Assembly (NCBI RefSeq): GCF_009914755.1
Contig: NC_060936.1
From: the human T2T-CHM13v2.0 reference genome, Homo sapiens
Direction: 5' to 3' (one strand)
DNA: 64,000 nucleotides
The notes under the pieces are model-generated. The model saw only the letters and a list, made by a program, of their open reading frames with translations. It was not told where the DNA came from and made no database searches. Positions 60,166 through 64,000 of this stretch are shown here, piece by piece (positions within the stretch are counted from its first letter, which is position 1; every line of letters starts with the position of its first letter). A program made the position numbers and the translations under genes.

Positions 60166-60510
60166 CAGCAGGCCCCAACCTTTTTGGCACTAGGGACTGG
60201 TTTATAGGAAGATGATTTTTCCACGGATGGGGGATGGGGGTTGGGGGGATGCTTTTGGGGTGAAACTGTTCCACCTCAGATCATCAGGCATTAGAGTCTC
60301 ATAAGGAGCATGCAGCCTAGATCCCTCATATGTGCAGTTCACAATAGGGTTCACACTCCTATGAGAATCTAATGCCTCTGCTGATCTGACAGGAGGCGGA
60401 GCTCAGGTGGTGATGCTGGCTTGACTGCTGCTTACCTCCTGCTGTGTGGCCCGGTTCTTAACAGGCCACCGACCAGTACTGGTCCATGGCCTGGGGGTTG
60501 GGGACCCCTG
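60166..60510. mobile_element. MER1B hAT-Charlie element
   Basis: CAG..CCCCAACC...GGTTGGGGACCCCTG terminal repeats; 8-bp TSD GAATACAA/GAATACAT. Confidence 0.9.
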
Positions 60511-62369
60511 GAATACATTATGCTGTCTCCTGACCTCTAGCTTCAAATAATTTGTTAAGTGAAATAATGGCATTTGATACATCCTATTGCAATATACTCC
60601 AATTCTAACAACAAAAGGATTACTCATGGGATGAGTGGATTAGTGACTGAATGGATAGCATAGCGATTCATTCATTTTTTAACCTCAAAGGTACAATAAA
60701 TTAGTCTCAGAAGAACTTCTTTTAAAAAGGCAAAATGAAACAAAACAAACAAAAAGCTCTGTTTTATTCCCTAGTGAACATAAAAATGCATGTAATTCTC
60801 TGGTACATGAAGAAAAAAGGTTCCTCCTTTTAATATAAAGTAAGGCAATAAATGAACTTTATATATTGTATTCTGAAACTTTAAAAAAGATTAAAAAATT
60901 TAAAGTCTCCCTCCTCTATCTCATTAGCCTTTCAAAAGGGGGATAAAGAATCTTGCTAGTCGTCTCAAAACCAAAACATATTCTGACTTTATAATAGATT
61001 TTTAGAGACCTATGAAAAGGAAAAGCATAATACAAAAAATGGGATTTTATTTACATCTTGAGTGAAACATCCTGATATATAAGTGATATATTTCATGAAC
61101 AATGAATAGTATATCCCCAAAAATCATGTTTCAAGTCTTTGAGCAATTATCCAATGTATAGAGATGAAAATTAGACCTATATTATAGGTCTATGTTAAAA
61201 TGTAAACTTGACAAAATAGTATTTGTTTCCTATATTAAATAGCTGAAAATCTATAACCTATGAAATTTGTTCACTTACAATATAGCAGAATGGAGTGTTG
61301 ATTTACCTGTTTCTTTCAACCTAATTTTTATCTGTACATTCTTAAGTACTTTGGTAATAACTATTTTGTATTTTTAGGTTCTCCTCAATGAAGAGAGAGC
61401 TCATATTATTTTGTTTTCTCATCCCCTGAACAATATTAGATCCACATTTAAATTCCACAGAGGTCTTTACTTATTGGGTCTGTGGTCCTGGACAAATTAT
61501 TTGACTTTTTTCAGCTTCAGTTTCATCATCTGTAACATGAACATATTTACTTTGTAGTGTAACTATATGGATCAAATAATATAATATTGAAAATTCTTAG
61601 AGCATAGAAACGTAATGATTCTTAAATGTTAGAGTTCTTCAAATTCTATATGTTATCTACTTAAACATTTTTATTATTTTTCTACATAATTTGGCTCAAC
61701 CAGTTGAAAAACAGAGGCAAATGAGCAGGGTCTACTTTTCTCTTTGAGAAGCACATCGTTATATTTGAAAGGAATGATTTGGACAGCCTTTCAATGAAAT
61801 TCTTAGGTAGAGCATATTCCCTCAAGAGGCACAAAACTCAATTGAGAAACCATCAGATAAGAACACTGAAAATGGAAGTCAGCCTGCAAATTTGCTTCCT
61901 GCTACTCTCACTTCTTACTGTTCACCACCTTCCCTTTTCCCACAGCTCCTTTCCCACCCTTGAATTAAGAAAAAGGCATATTTCTTCAACATAGAATTTT
62001 TCACAAAAATAGGCAGAAAGGGATTGAAGTTCATTGTAAATAGGGAGGAAGGTAGAAATTATTTTTCAGAGGTTGGTGGGTAAGTTAAACACCAAACCAA
62101 CTCTTCAGTATTAGGCTGATATTAGAAAAGAGATGGCATGAATAAAGAAATCCTCAAATATTTCATTTTGTCTTACTTAAGCATTTGCATTACAGTCTTT
62201 ACCAGTAATTTTCCCTAGATTTGTGGGAAAAAAATCTATCTCTTCTTGAACATCTTAATGGAATGACTGGCTTCATGAGTGGTGGCGATTGAAAGGAATG
62301 AATCTGACTATCACCTTACCCTCTTCTGATGTCCGAGTCATATGCTCACCTCTTATCCAACAAAGAAAT

Positions 62370-62620
62370 AATAATAATGATAGCAAATACACATACAGCA
62401 CTTACTATGTACAAGGCACTGTTCAAAGTGCTTTCCTTATATTGTTATTTCATGTTTAAAACAGTCTTAGGCAGTAAGTACTATTACTGTAACTTCCATT
62501 TCACAGATTAATAAACCATGTCATAACAAGGTTAAGTTACTTGCCACGATCACAGTGTAAGTAGCAAAGTCTGGATTTAAATGGAGGCTCCAGAATCTTG
62601 CCTGTCAATCATTAAATTAT
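62370..62620 (-). mobile_element. MIR fragment (others at ~52580-52740, ~61430-61620, ~62790-62950)
   Basis: Core-like CATTTCACAGAT..AGGTTAAGTTACTTGCC..GATCACAG. Confidence 0.65.
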
Positions 62621-64000
62621 TCTGCCTCAAAATGGTTGACACTTGGGAGAAGAGAAGAAAAGAACCTGCAATATATGTTGACTATGGGAGGCGCAGTGGC
62701 CTTTTTTGGACTTTGGGTGATGTGCTACCTAAGGAGACTAAATGGCAATTCAAACATTGGAAGAGTGAAAGTTATTTTCTCTGTTAGGGTAGAAGAGTAC
62801 TAGACTAGATACAGGTATCTGGAACCATGTGACCTTAAATAAATTACTTAATGTTCATTCCATTTCTTTATTTTTCTGAGTTAAATGCCCATTGGGGACA
62901 TTTGGGAATATCAAATTCCCAAATGAATGTGAAAGTGCTTTGGAAAGTAGAATCTTTGTGCGAAGTGAGAAATTGATCTAATATTTAAAAAAGTCTAACT
63001 AATGATATTTTTGCTCTTGTCTTTCAAGTCTAGTGTATTGGTTTCCTTGTTCCTAAAAGGCAGAAATTAAAGATGCCTAACCCATAAGATCAGTAAAAAT
63101 ATAGAGAAATTTCTAGGCACTTTATCCCTTCACCTTTCCATAATTCAACCTTACTTAATTTCACTATTAATGTTATTATAATGTATATCAGATGTACACA
63201 TTGAAAAAATTGCCTTAGTGTCTGTCTCCAGTTCTTCATCCTCAAAGTGTACTTTAACAAATTAATTTCTGGATTTCCTTTCCAGTAGACACTTTTGCTG
63301 TTCTCACCAAGGTCACCAATGTTCTAATTGTCTGATTCTACACATGTATTTCAGAAACCATTCAGAGTTAAAATTCTCCCTCACTGCTGTAATGCCTGGT
63401 ATATATCTCTAATATGTGTTTTCCTCTTTATTTGGCCATTGTTGATTTATATGCCTCATTATTCTCACAAAATTCTGAGCTGCTTGAATGCAAGAGTTAT
63501 TAGTTTATCCCCCTTTGTAATCCTTGCTCAATTCTAGAAACACAGTAGATTTTTGCTAAATATGGATAAACGAGTAGTGAGTGGTAGAAGGTCAATCATA
63601 TATCTGCTTCTTATTCATAATCCATTTGCCTGGTATCACTGAATGGCCCCAGGAAGGCAGAGGAGGCCTGCTGTAAGCAGGCTAATTTTAGGATGAAGCT
63701 GGGGTATACAGAACTAAAGCCAAGGAGAATCAGAGACAGTTCGGTACATAATCAGTTTGAATCAATTGAATCTTGTGTCAAGTAAAAATTATGCTCAACC
63801 AAGAAACCACGAATGCTCACCCCATGTCTCTCACTCTCTCTCTTTGTATTGATTTATGAATGTAGCTGACAGAGAGCTGTTGCTAGGGGACAGATATCGT
63901 TTCCAAAGAAGCCATGCAATTTGCAAGAACTGACAACGAAAAAATATTACACAGAGCCCTGTTCCATTGTAAAAAACACAGCATATCATTACAAAGAAGA

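Noticed and set aside
61172-61192. Palindrome TAGACCTATA-T-TATAGGTCTA
   Set aside because: 10-bp arms in AT-rich DNA, no context suggesting function

Overview
This is hominid (human or great-ape) non-coding genomic DNA, not microbial; an SVA element plus AluS, L1PA and LTR12C copies fix the lineage. I find no intact protein-coding gene, RNA gene or CRISPR array. The only gene-derived sequence is a near full-length processed pseudogene of argininosuccinate synthase 1 (ASS1, ~1694-3282) with three nonsense codons, two -1 frameshifts and a 6-bp deletion. The rest is a dense set of transposons: 8 Alus, several L1s, a full-length THE1 provirus, an SVA, about a dozen solo LTRs (many with readable target-site duplications, TSDs) and DNA transposon MITEs (MER20, MER5, MER45A, MER1B, MADE1). 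Nearly all ORFs in the track are repeat-derived. The most interesting items are: (i) an L1PB copy made only of 5'UTR+ORF1, with no poly(A), yet bounded by a 15-bp direct repeat; (ii) a co-oriented LTR12C inside it that creates an in-frame LTR12C-ORF1 chimeric ORF; (iii) a MER41B with an intact GAS site; (iv) a MADE1 hairpin resembling miR-548; (v) two local fold-back duplications. I see no convincing evidence of a wholly new biological system. Repeat subfamily names come from my recollection of consensus sequences and need RepeatMasker/Dfam confirmation.
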